Shown here: in pieces, positions 1 through 8,051 of the stretch
Position numbering within the stretch: the stretch's first letter is position 1
Layout of the letters: every line of letters begins with the position of its first letter
Origin: PVC group bacterium
GTDB lineage: Bacteria; Auribacterota; Erginobacteria; Erginobacterales; Erginobacteraceae
Assembly: GCA_043804695.1 (NCBI GenBank)
Contig: JAZDIV010000087.1
Coordinates: forward strand, 1 to 47,454
DNA length: 47,454 nt
Reading direction: 5' to 3'
Translations under genes and position numbers: made by a program
The notes under the pieces: model-generated
The model's input: only the letters and a program-made list of their open reading frames with translations
Databases searched by the model: none
What the model was told of the DNA's origin: nothing

Positions 1-1679
1 CGGCGGCGGGCCATGTCCCTTAAGGCGGCGTCGCCGAAAACGATATAGGCGGGGACGTTCTTCCCGTCGGCGAGCTTCCGGCGCAGCTCTCTCAAGACGT
101 CGAATAAGCCTCTGTCGACACCATCCCAGGAGTCCTCGATCACCCGGGAGACGGCGGCCCGGGCCTTCTTTTCAGGGGGACGGAGAAGGCGGGGGGTCTC
201 CTCCCCCCGCATCACCCTCCAGCCGGAGGGCGTGACCCCAAGCACGTCATATTCCGGGGACTTGATGATATATCCCTGGGCGACCAGCTGCTCGATCCAG
301 GACCGGACGGCGTTGCGGGGTTGGTCGGAGAGGATAGCATAAGTAGTTACGGAGTCATGGGAGTTGTCCAGGATTCTTTGGTCCCGGGAGCCGATCAATA
401 CCTGGGCGGTATAGTCGGCTCCGAAGCGTTCCTTCAAACGGACGACGCAGGAGAGGATTTTCTGGGCGGTCACCAGGGCGTCATCGAGGAGTTTTAGTTC
501 ATCAAGGCAGACGTCACAGGCTCCGCAGTTATCCTTGCCGAGGGTCTGACCGAAATACTCGAGCAGAGCCCGGTGGCGGCAGGTGATCCCGGTGCAGTAA
601 TCGTAGATCCGGTTGAGCTTCTCGACCGCGATCGTGAGAACCTCGGGCTGCATCTCCCTCATCAGGCCCTTCCAGACGGCGTAGTCCCCCCCGGAATAAA
701 AAAGGAGACACTCGGCCTCGAGACCGTCCCGGCCGGCCCGGCCGCTCTCCTGCTGATAGTGCTCCAGCGACTTGGGCATCCCGGTATGGATGACGTAGCG
801 GACGTTGGACTTATCGATCCCCATCCCGAAAGCGATGGTGGCGACGATGATATCGACCTTCTCCTCGATGAAATCATCCTGGCTCTTTTTACGGTCATTA
901 TCGCTCATCCCGGCGTGATACGGGGCGGCCCGGTAGCCGGCCCGGCAGAGGGTCCCGCAGAGATCATCGACGTCTTTTCTCCGGATGCAGTAGATAATTC
1001 CCGATTCCCCCGGATGACGGTCGAGGACTTTTCGGACCTGCCCGAGCCGGTCGGTCCGAAAGCCAGCCCGGTAGATCAGGTTGGGACGGTCAAACGATCC
1101 GACCAGAATCTTCGGGTCTTTCAAGTTGAGCTGTCGGGCGATATCATTCCGGACCGGTTCGGTGGCGGTGGCGGTATAGGCGTGGATCCCGATCCCGGGA
1201 AAGATCTCTTTGAGTTTTCCCAGCTGACGGTACTCGGGGCGGAAATCATGGCCCCAGTGGCTGATGCAGTGGGCCTCGTCGATGGCGATAAAAGAGAGCT
1301 TGGTGTCCCGGAGAAAATCGGTGAACCCCTCCGCTATGACCCGCTCCGGGGAGAGGTAGACGATCCTGATCTCGCCCTTCCGGATCCGGGAGAACGTATC
1401 CGACTTCTCCCGGGCGGTCAGGGTGCTGTCGATCCGGGCCGCCGGCACCCCCCACTCATCGAGGGCGTCCACCTGGTCCTTCATCAGGGAGATCAGGGGG
1501 GAGATGATGACCGCCAGACCGTCCAAGGCCAGAGCCGGGGCCTGGAAACAGAGCGACTTGCCCCCCCCGGTGGGCAGAACGACGATGGAGTCGCGCCCGG
1601 CGAGGACCGATTCGATCGCCTCTTCCTGGAGGGGAAGATACTCATCGAAGCCCCAGTATTTTTTCAGGATGGATTTCAT
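1..1679 (-). CDS. recQ: ATP-dependent DNA helicase RecQ (3' end runs off the window)
   Basis: Manual minus-strand translation from ATG at 1679: MKSILKKYWGFDEYLPLQEEAIESVLAGRDSIVVLPTGGGKSLCFQAPA, followed by DEAHCISHWGHDFRPEY, ATIAFGMGIDKSNVR, QESGRAGRDG, a Cys cluster (CRHR...CGACDVC) and an HRDC-like end (LRELRRKLADGKNVPAYIVFGD). Missing from the ORF track because there is no stop in the window. Confidence 0.96.
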   Translation of the reverse strand, partial: MKSILKKYWGFDEYLPLQEEAIESVLAGRDSIVVLPTGGGKSLCFQAPALALDGLAVIISPLISLMKDQVDALDEWGVPAARIDSTLTAREKSDTFSRIRKGEIRIVYLSPERVIAEGFTDFLRDTKLSFIAIDEAHCISHWGHDFRPEYRQLGKLKEIFPGIGIHAYTATATEPVRNDIARQLNLKDPKILVGSFDRPNLIYRAGFRTDRLGQVRKVLDRHPGESGIIYCIRRKDVDDLCGTLCRAGYRAAPYHAGMSDNDRKKSQDDFIEEKVDIIVATIAFGMGIDKSNVRYVIHTGMPKSLEHYQQESGRAGRDGLEAECLLFYSGGDYAVWKGLMREMQPEVLTIAVEKLNRIYDYCTGITCRHRALLEYFGQTLGKDNCGACDVCLDELKLLDDALVTAQKILSCVVRLKERFGADYTAQVLIGSRDQRILDNSHDSVTTYAILSDQPRNAVRSWIEQLVAQGYIIKSPEYDVLGVTPSGWRVMRGEETPRLLRPPEKKARAAVSRVIEDSWDGVDRGLFDVLRELRRKLADGKNVPAYIVFGDAALRDMARR

Positions 1680-1818
1680 GAAAGCCAAAAGAATGGGGGT
1701 GCCACGATTTATTCATCATAAAACCAGTAATCAGTGAATCGGTGATCAGTAATCAGTGTAAGCGGTAAATGGTAGGCAGTTGGTTCTCGGCTTGGCCGTG
1801 TTTGAGGATGGATATGTT

Positions 1819-1874
1819 CCTGTTTCGGAATTTCAATAATCGGGAAAATCCGATTATTGACATTCCGAAACAGG
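1819..1874. repeat. 56-bp inverted repeat (25-bp arms, one mismatch); its arm motif recurs as half-sites across the window
   Basis: cctgtttcggaatttcaataatcgg-gaaaat-ccgattattgacattccgaaacagg. Confidence 0.85.
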
Positions 1875-2019
1875 CGAAAAAGCAACCAGGAAAAAATATT
1901 TTGTTTAGTTTTGTTACGCTAAGGGCTTACCGTTGTTTATTGAGCAATTGCATTCAAACTAATTCTTGGATAAACATCGGTCTGCTACACGTTTAAAGTT
2001 GCAATTCACTCCAATTCTT

Positions 2020-3537
2020 CTAAATTAGCGCCGGAGGCGCTAATGTATATTCACCGCGGGTGAAGGCATCTTTGAGGAGCTGGCTCTGGCGTTCGAAGGC
2101 CTCGCGGGCGGAGAGCGGTTCTTTCATCATTGCCACTTCCTGGGTGATGAGCCGGGCGACGTACATCATGTGGCGCTGGCGGGTTTCTGTCTCCCGCTTA
2201 TAGAGGGGATGATCACGGTTGAGGTAGATAACGCCGGCTTCGGTGAAGCACTCCGGTCCTTCCGGCCCGTAGTGATCGATACAGCAGGTGACGCCGAGCC
2301 TGCCCATCTTCACTTTCTTCACCACCGCCGAAGGGGTCAGTTTGCGGACATGGGGACGGGCGGTCTTCTTCTTCACGGGCTTTTCCGGTGTTTCCTTTTC
2401 CTTCGCCTTCCCAACCGTCTCCGGGATCTTTTTCTTCCGGGAGACGGACGGAAGCGCCGGTTCCCCCGAAGGATCGGTTCCTTCGCCGATCGGCAGCATC
2501 CCTTCCGGGCAGAGGGCCAGGTTCTTTAAGAGCGCCTGTTCCACCCGCTCCAGGGCCTCGCGGAGCGCCCGCGATATTTTCCGGTTCTCTTTCTTGTCCT
2601 GTAGTTGGTCTAACTGCACCCGGATCTCCGCCTTGAGCTTCTCCAAGGTTTCCAGGAAAGCTTCATACTCCGGGCTGTCGATAACGAAACCGGTCCGGTT
2701 AGTGGTGACGGGGAGAAAGTCGGCATGGATCTCGCCCATGATCCGCTCGGATGCCTTACCCCACTTCTCCATCCCGAAGAGGTCACGGCGGACGGTTACC
2801 CCTCTGACCTTGATCTCGATCCCGACATCCTCGATTGCAGGGGGGGGAAGACTGGCCAGCATAATCTCTCCATGGACGAGACCGTACCGGGTCCCTTCCA
2901 GGAACGGGAGCTTTCTTCCCGGGATACGGACGGACCGGACGCGGCTGTCATTGACGTAGACGGCGAAATGGGGCGCCTTGATGGGGACGCTCTCAATGAC
3001 CTTTCGTTCCACTTTGTAGGGGTCGAGCTTTTTAGTGACCTGGCGGAGGGTAACGCGGGTACCGTCTGACTGTCCGGGCAATGGCTCCACGAACTCCAGG
3101 GGTAGTTCCCACTCTCCTTCTCCCCCTTCCCAGACGTTGCGGTCGAAGATCACCCGGGCACAGAAATCGCCCTTCTTTGTCAAGACCTCGAAACGGTCGG
3201 CGGCGGAGAGGCTGGCGAACTTTCCGATACCGAACTGTCCGATTCTCTGCCGTTTAAATGTAGGCGACGTGTCGTGATAGAGCTTTTCCTGGGATCCGAT
3301 ATTGAAATACTGCTCGAGACCTTCCAGGTCCATGCCGAGTCCGTTGTCGGAGACCTCGATGTCATCCTCCCGGATAATGATTCTGACCTCGGTGGCATCG
3401 GCGTCATAGGCGTTGTTGACAAGTTCCCGGATTAGTTCAATGCTCTCCGAATAGAGCCTCCGGCCGATCGTAATGATATGGCTGCGATCGACCCGGACGG
3501 GGATGGTGGTTGTATTGTGATTATGTGACGGGAGCAT
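2020..3537 (-). CDS. GHKL-superfamily ATPase (HATPase_c, MORC/Hsp90-like) with a C-terminal domain
   Basis: Bergerat-fold motifs ELVNNAYDA, DNGLGM, GQFGIG and DGT. They are followed by an S5-like region (GEIHADFLPVTTNRTGF), a coiled coil, a Lys-rich linker and IYLNRDHPLY. Confidence 0.85.
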   Translation of the reverse strand: MLPSHNHNTTTIPVRVDRSHIITIGRRLYSESIELIRELVNNAYDADATEVRIIIREDDIEVSDNGLGMDLEGLEQYFNIGSQEKLYHDTSPTFKRQRIGQFGIGKFASLSAADRFEVLTKKGDFCARVIFDRNVWEGGEGEWELPLEFVEPLPGQSDGTRVTLRQVTKKLDPYKVERKVIESVPIKAPHFAVYVNDSRVRSVRIPGRKLPFLEGTRYGLVHGEIMLASLPPPAIEDVGIEIKVRGVTVRRDLFGMEKWGKASERIMGEIHADFLPVTTNRTGFVIDSPEYEAFLETLEKLKAEIRVQLDQLQDKKENRKISRALREALERVEQALLKNLALCPEGMLPIGEGTDPSGEPALPSVSRKKKIPETVGKAKEKETPEKPVKKKTARPHVRKLTPSAVVKKVKMGRLGVTCCIDHYGPEGPECFTEAGVIYLNRDHPLYKRETETRQRHMMYVARLITQEVAMMKEPLSAREAFERQSQLLKDAFTRGEYTLAPPALI

Positions 3538-3608
3538 TTTTTGTGGAAAAAAAATAGTCAGATGCGAAAATAATAATTATACCCTGTTCGAAAATGATTT
3601 CGAGCAGG

Positions 3609-3808
3609 AAATCCTAAATCCTAATATCGAAATCCTAAATAAATATAAAATCCAAATGATCAAATGTTTCAAATATCGCCGGTTTTAGCCCCATTGTTTT
3701 GGATTTTTTAGTTTGGGTCATTTGATATTATTTCCGTCTTCGCTCTTCGAGCTTCGCCGGACAGGTAGGATTTAGTATTTAGATATTAGGATTTAAGAGC
3801 TTACGAGA
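3609..3808. repeat. AT-rich element with tandem-unit inverted arms (aaatcctaaatcctaatatcga...); homologous to 47268-47454 in reverse; contains a ~32-bp insert at 3734-3765
   Basis: Manual alignment with the reverse complement of the window end; the left and right arms are imperfect inverted copies. Confidence 0.8.
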
Positions 3809-3902
3809 TTATCGAGTAAGCTCTAATTAAGTAGATTATACCTTTTGCCATCATTTTGGCAAAAGATAAATGTGAGAATAAGAAAGAAGAGAACAGAAGA
3901 AA

Positions 3903-4754
3903 CTAAAAGATGCCCAGGAAACCGGATTCTTTTTTTTCTTCTTGTGGCAGGGGATTTTTGAATTCCTGACCTGGTCCCGGTGGTGTACCTTCGGGAGGGA
4001 GGGGAGTTTTTGAAGCATCGGTAGTCGGCCGCAGTGCCATGATCTCTTCCTGCAGAAGAGTGACCTGTTGCCGAAGGGCGTCTATCTCGGAAAGCGAGGA
4101 TTCCCGTGCTGCTTTCCCGGCGGCGGATTCAGATAAAATGGTCCGCAAGGTAGAAGTGATGCCGTCGAGTAGCTGACGATTCTGCTCGATACGGTTACCG
4201 GTCTCATTCGCCAGTCTGAACGACGCCGCGGATTCCTCGGATAGTTGTTTCATGCGCAGTCCCGAGATCTCCTGATTGTGGACAATCATGGTGGACAGGG
4301 CATTTTTTGTGTCCAGCACACGTTTTTCGGTTATCCGGCCCTGCTCGGTTACCAAAAAAACGACGATGAGGGTAAGGAGAATCGCGGTAACACCCAGACT
4401 GATAAAGAGATACATCCTTGACCGGCGGGAGACGGCGTCCATCTCCCGGGCAAGACCGGTGAGATGTGCCTTAAGGAGATCTCCCAGATGATGGTGGACA
4501 CCCTCAAGAGCGCCGGTGGCGATAGCATTCTCCAGCTGACCGGAAAAACTCTTCTGCACGGCGGTCGATTCGCTTAAGACATCTTCCCGGGAAACCAGCC
4601 GGATCGCTTTCTGCCCCTGATATTCGATGGTGCTTCGCCAGGCCCCGGTCTTAATCCGACGCCTGATCGTTTTCACGCTGCACCCAAGGAGACGGGCCGC
4701 TTCTTTCAAGGGCATCCATTGACTATCTTCAACGATGTTTTTTTCATCGATCAT
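3903..4754 (-). CDS. Membrane-anchored DNA-binding protein: N-terminal MerR/excisionase-like HTH, single TM helix, coiled coil
   Basis: WMPLKEAARLLGCSVKTIRRRIKTG (HTH_17-like). RRSR precedes the hydrophobic MYLFISLGVTAILLTLIVVFLV. Heptad-rich EIDALRQQVTLLQEEIMAL, a Pro-rich linker and the C-terminus KKESGFLGIF follow. Confidence 0.8.
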   Translation of the reverse strand: MIDEKNIVEDSQWMPLKEAARLLGCSVKTIRRRIKTGAWRSTIEYQGQKAIRLVSREDVLSESTAVQKSFSGQLENAIATGALEGVHHHLGDLLKAHLTGLAREMDAVSRRSRMYLFISLGVTAILLTLIVVFLVTEQGRITEKRVLDTKNALSTMIVHNQEISGLRMKQLSEESAASFRLANETGNRIEQNRQLLDGITSTLRTILSESAAGKAARESSLSEIDALRQQVTLLQEEIMALRPTTDASKTPLPPEGTPPGPGQEFKNPLPQEEKKESGFLGIF

Positions 4755-4776
4755 ACGTACGACTCTTTCCCCAGGT

Positions 4777-4944
4777 CAGGGACAGACAGGGACAACAGCA
4801 TACCCCATCATCAAGTTTAAATAAGTATTGTAAACAGAACTTGTCCCTATGAAAAGAAAATAGTTATAGCTAATGTCTTGGACAATGACCATCAGTATGT
4901 CCATTATGACAGGGACAATGTACACCAGATGTCCATATTGGACA
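4777..4944. repeat. Array of eight GGACA/TGTCC motifs (direct and inverted); putative protein-binding iterons
   Basis: GGACA at 4780, 4790, 4880, 4913, 4940; TGTCC at 4842, 4898, 4930. Includes cagggaca twice at 10-bp spacing and the palindrome tgtcca-tat-tggaca. Confidence 0.7.
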
Positions 4945-5007
4945 AGAGAAATTTATCAAGAATTCTCATCACCACCCCGGGTTGAGAACAAAGAGTGAAT
5001 CAAAAAA

Positions 5008-5023
5008 TGTTCCACGTGGAACA
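5008..5023. promoter_or_regulatory. parS: parS centromere-like site (ParB loading site)
   Basis: Perfect palindrome TGTTCCACGTGGAACA matching the canonical parS consensus, ~720 bp upstream of parB. Confidence 0.93.
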
Positions 5024-5069
5024 TGGAGGAAGGGAATGAGATCAATAGTAGCCATAGCTACGGCGGCTG

Positions 5070-5345
5070 AACGGCGTCCAACATTATAGGCCAGGGTAGC
5101 TTGTCCTGAGCGAATCCGAAGGATAACCCCAGGAACCATGAGTATATCAGCACATTAATCATATAAGCTATGATGTGGCACCCTTTCGGGGTGTAGATTG
5201 CTTTTTAATTACATGATAACCCGGCGATTCTCGCCGGGCTTTGATGTGGTACCCCATCGGGGTGCGTTTGCCGGGACGTCAATGGCGTCCGATATCATAG
5301 CCCAGGGTAGCTTGTCCTGAGCGAAGCCGAAGGATAACCCTGGGA
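5070..5345. repeat. REP-like cluster: two ~64-bp direct repeats (5070-5133, 5281-5345), each with a GTAG-led hairpin, plus two tgatgtggNaccc...ggggtg units
   Basis: gtagcttgtcctgagcgaa(t/g)ccgaagga at 5096 and 5307, each inside gccagggt...aaccc(c/t)(a/g)gg; tgatgtggcaccctttcggggtg at 5171 and tgatgtggtaccccatcggggtg at 5242. Confidence 0.8.
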
Positions 5346-5467
5346 ATCGGGACTTCATTAAAGTGGAAGAGTTAATTTAACAACGATAAACCATCTAAAA
5401 AATATTGCTATGACATGATTTATTATATAAGATGCCGCCTTGTTTTCAAAATTCTGTTAATCAAAAA

Positions 5468-5676
5468 CGCAGACTATCCGCACAGGTAATCCAGGAAGTC
5501 CGCAGGTATTTTCAAGAAAAAGTTTTAAGACTGAGATACCTCGAAATGTCAAAGTGAGCGAAGCTCCCGGTTTCGGCCAACCCATTATCTATTATGACCG
5601 TGATTCATCAGGTTCGACTGCTTATTTAAACTTAGCGTCTGAAATACTAAAAGTGCATGGTTCAACCGTGATTTGA
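5468..5676 (+). pseudogene. parA: 3' remnant of parA (Soj); N-terminal ATPase part missing, plus a 1-nt frameshift near 5523
   Basis: RRLSAQVIQEVRRYFQEKV in one frame continues as FKTEIPRNVKVSEAPGFGQPIIYYDRDSSGSTAYLNLASEIL in another, which is the conserved ParA C-terminus. It lies directly upstream of parB. No KGGVGKT Walker A was found upstream. Confidence 0.85.
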
Positions 5677-5740
5677 ATTATCGGACTGTCTCTTGATGTC
5701 TGACTGAAAATGGCTCAATAAAGTTACGAGGCGTACTATT

Positions 5741-6613
5741 ATGGAAAAAGTAGTCCTGGGAAGGGGTCTTGATGCCCTGATCGGCACGGGTGAGAAGCTA
5801 AATGATCAATTCGGGGAAAGAATCATCTTCATACCGGAAACGTCGATTAGCAAAAATACATATCAGCCGAGACACCGGTTTGATCAAAAGGCTCTTGACG
5901 AGCTGAAGCGATCGATATCAGAAAAAGGCATCATTCAACCGATCATCGTACAGAAAAGGGGGAATGGTTACGAGGTCATTGCTGGAGAAAGGAGGCTGAT
6001 TGCGGCCCGATTGGCCGGTTTGAAAAAAATACCGTCGCTGGTCAGGGAAATCACGGACAAAAAAGACCTTTTGGAAATAGCGATCATAGAGAACATACAG
6101 AGAGAGGACCTCAATCCGGTTGACCGGGCGAGGAGTTATCGACGGCTGATAGATGAATTCAGCGAGAGTCAGGAGATGATTGCGGAGAGAGTCGGTAAGG
6201 ACAGATCCACGATTTCCAATACTCTCCGCCTTCTTGATTTGCCGGAAGAAGTGATACACATGATAGAGGAAGGAAGGCTGAATTTCGGCCAGGCCCGGGC
6301 GATCCTCTCCATCAATTCAAGAGAAGAGCAGAGACGCCTGGCTCTGATCGCTGTGGACCGGGGACTTTCCGTTCGTCGAATAGAACAAATGGTGAGCAGG
6401 AAAAAGAAAAAGGCGCGACCGGTAAAAAAGGACAAGGATCCACATGTCAGAAGTGCGGAAGATGTTCTGCGAGAGTCTCTTAAGGCAAAAGTAAGCATTG
6501 TCGGCAACCGGAAAGGGGGAGGAAAGATTGAGATCGAATACTTCTCAGAGGAAGAATTAAACCGGTTGTGCGGAATGATCGGAAAAAATAACTCTGATTC
6601 GGATGCGTCCTGA
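5741..6613 (+). CDS. parB: Chromosome partitioning protein ParB (Spo0J)
   Basis: LGRGLDAL N-terminal motif, YQPR, GIIQPI, IAGERR, IENIQREDLNP and an HTH (VGKDRSTISNTLRLL). Confidence 0.97.
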   Translation: MEKVVLGRGLDALIGTGEKLNDQFGERIIFIPETSISKNTYQPRHRFDQKALDELKRSISEKGIIQPIIVQKRGNGYEVIAGERRLIAARLAGLKKIPSLVREITDKKDLLEIAIIENIQREDLNPVDRARSYRRLIDEFSESQEMIAERVGKDRSTISNTLRLLDLPEEVIHMIEEGRLNFGQARAILSINSREEQRRLALIAVDRGLSVRRIEQMVSRKKKKARPVKKDKDPHVRSAEDVLRESLKAKVSIVGNRKGGGKIEIEYFSEEELNRLCGMIGKNNSDSDAS

Positions 6614-6760
6614 CTGAATAAATGAAAAGATAAAGATGATACGGCCACTAGATATTGACATAAAAGGAGTTTGGAATTACTCTAATATTATTTTTTCTTC
6701 GAAAAAATAATAGTTTTTAAGCTTTTGGCCTACTGATAACCCATTCTTCAGGAGTAAAAG

Positions 6761-6885
6761 GTTGGCTGAGGTTATAAAGCCTTTTTAAAATGTCGCCTCG
6801 ATGAAAATAGTATGGTTAACCAAGAGACCCCGATTGAATCAATCGGGGTCCACTATTTAGTAGCGCCGAAGGCGCTACTTAATAT
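6761..6885 (+). promoter_or_regulatory. Repeated promoter/leader element, copy 1 (upstream of the V-ATPase operon); homology to copy 2 extends back to ~6703
   Basis: TTGGCT(6762)-N18-TAAAAT(6786), gcctcg, aaccaa, hairpin accccgattga-a-tcaatcggggt, hairpin tagcgcc-gaa-ggcgcta. Confidence 0.7.
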
Positions 6886-6900
6886 TAAGGAGATAAAGAC

Positions 6901-7509
6901 ATGGCGGAACAATTACAGGAATTGATAGAGAGAATAAACCGGGAAGGCGTTGAATCGGCCGAGAAAAAAGCCGGAAAAATTATCTCCGAAGCGGAAGGAA
7001 AAGCAAAAAAAATTCTTGATGATGCCGAGAGGAAAGCGAAAGAAACCGGTGAAAATGCCGAACGTGCCGCCAAAAGCCTCCAGGAGAGCGCCGAGAAGGC
7101 AATCCAGCAATCATTCAGAAATGTAATGCTTTCGCTGAAGGATGAAATAAAAAAGTACTTTGACCGACTTCTAACCGGTGAAATAACAGATGCCCTGAGC
7201 AAGGACGCGCTGAGTGAGATCATTCTGACTGTTGCCAAAAATTGTGCTCAACAGATACAAGGTGACACCAAAGTGCAGGTCCTGCTGAATCCCGCCGACG
7301 CCAAAAAATTGGGTGAAGATCTTCTCTCTCGTTTCCGGAAGGAAGTTGAGACCGGATTGACGATAAAGCCGGTACCGACTATAGATGTCGGTTTTATGAT
7401 CAGTTTTGACGGCGGTGAGTCCAGCTACGACTTTACGGACCAGGGACTTCAGGAACTTCTCTCGACTTACATCAGTGCCGAATTGAAAGACATCATCGCC
7501 CGGTCATGA
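6901..7509 (+). CDS. atpE: V/A-type ATP synthase subunit E
   Basis: MAEQLQELIERINREGVE coiled-coil stalk start and GFMISFDGG...YDFTD C-terminus; first gene of the operon, with RBS aaggag. Confidence 0.9.
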   Translation: MAEQLQELIERINREGVESAEKKAGKIISEAEGKAKKILDDAERKAKETGENAERAAKSLQESAEKAIQQSFRNVMLSLKDEIKKYFDRLLTGEITDALSKDALSEIILTVAKNCAQQIQGDTKVQVLLNPADAKKLGEDLLSRFRKEVETGLTIKPVPTIDVGFMISFDGGESSYDFTDQGLQELLSTYISAELKDIIARS

Positions 7510-8051
7510 ACCGTAACTATTATTACTTCTCCGCCACCCTGCCGATGCTCTCGTTCGGTATCAGGCCTCAGGTGTCCAACGAGTCCTTTTTAATGACCGC
7601 CTCCGAGCACCTTACCAGGAGGGATTTCAGGATAATAAACAATGCCCGCCTGGTACCCCCGGAAAGCGACGGCGGCGGAGAATCCGCCCTGGAAGAGTGG
7701 ATCGCATTCGAAAATTCCCTTCGCAATGAGCTGGTCAATATTCGAGCAAAGAAAATGGGCCGCGACCCGAAGGAATATTTTCGCGGAGACTACATGCCTG
7801 ACCCCTATATAGCAGCGATGCTCCAGGAGGCCGCGGGAGCGGACAATCCGCTCATGGTGGAGAGGAGAATCGACCTTGCCCGCTGGGAAAAGCTGGGTGA
7901 GATAGAGCTTCAGCACTATTTCGATCTTCAGTTTCTGGTGGTCTATTTCCTCAAACTCCAGATACTGAACAAATGGAGTTCGATCAGGGAAGAAAAGGGC
8001 ATGATTAAACTTGATGAATTATTGAAGCCCGGAAAGGAGCCTTCTTCATGA
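7506..8051 (+). CDS. DUF2764-family V-ATPase accessory subunit (C-like)
   Basis: YYYFSATLPML start, FENSLRNELV and HYFDLQFLVVYFLKLQIL; lies between E and A as in Chlamydia/spirochaete-type operons, with ATGA overlaps. Confidence 0.85.
   Translation: MNRNYYYFSATLPMLSFGIRPQVSNESFLMTASEHLTRRDFRIINNARLVPPESDGGGESALEEWIAFENSLRNELVNIRAKKMGRDPKEYFRGDYMPDPYIAAMLQEAAGADNPLMVERRIDLARWEKLGEIELQHYFDLQFLVVYFLKLQILNKWSSIREEKGMIKLDELLKPGKEPSS

Noticed and set aside
573..1721. 382-aa plus-strand ORF
   Set aside because: Antisense shadow of recQ; no recognisable motifs of its own.
4755..5467. Possible oriC (strand switch in gene orientation, AT-rich, near parS)
   Set aside because: No convincing TTATCCACA DnaA-box cluster seen and no dnaA in the window.
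6691..6710. ttttttcttcgaaaaaa and tagcgccgaaggcgcta hairpins as intrinsic terminators
   Set aside because: Many sit directly before start codons or inside coding ends and lack a GC stem plus U-tract, so they were not called as terminators.
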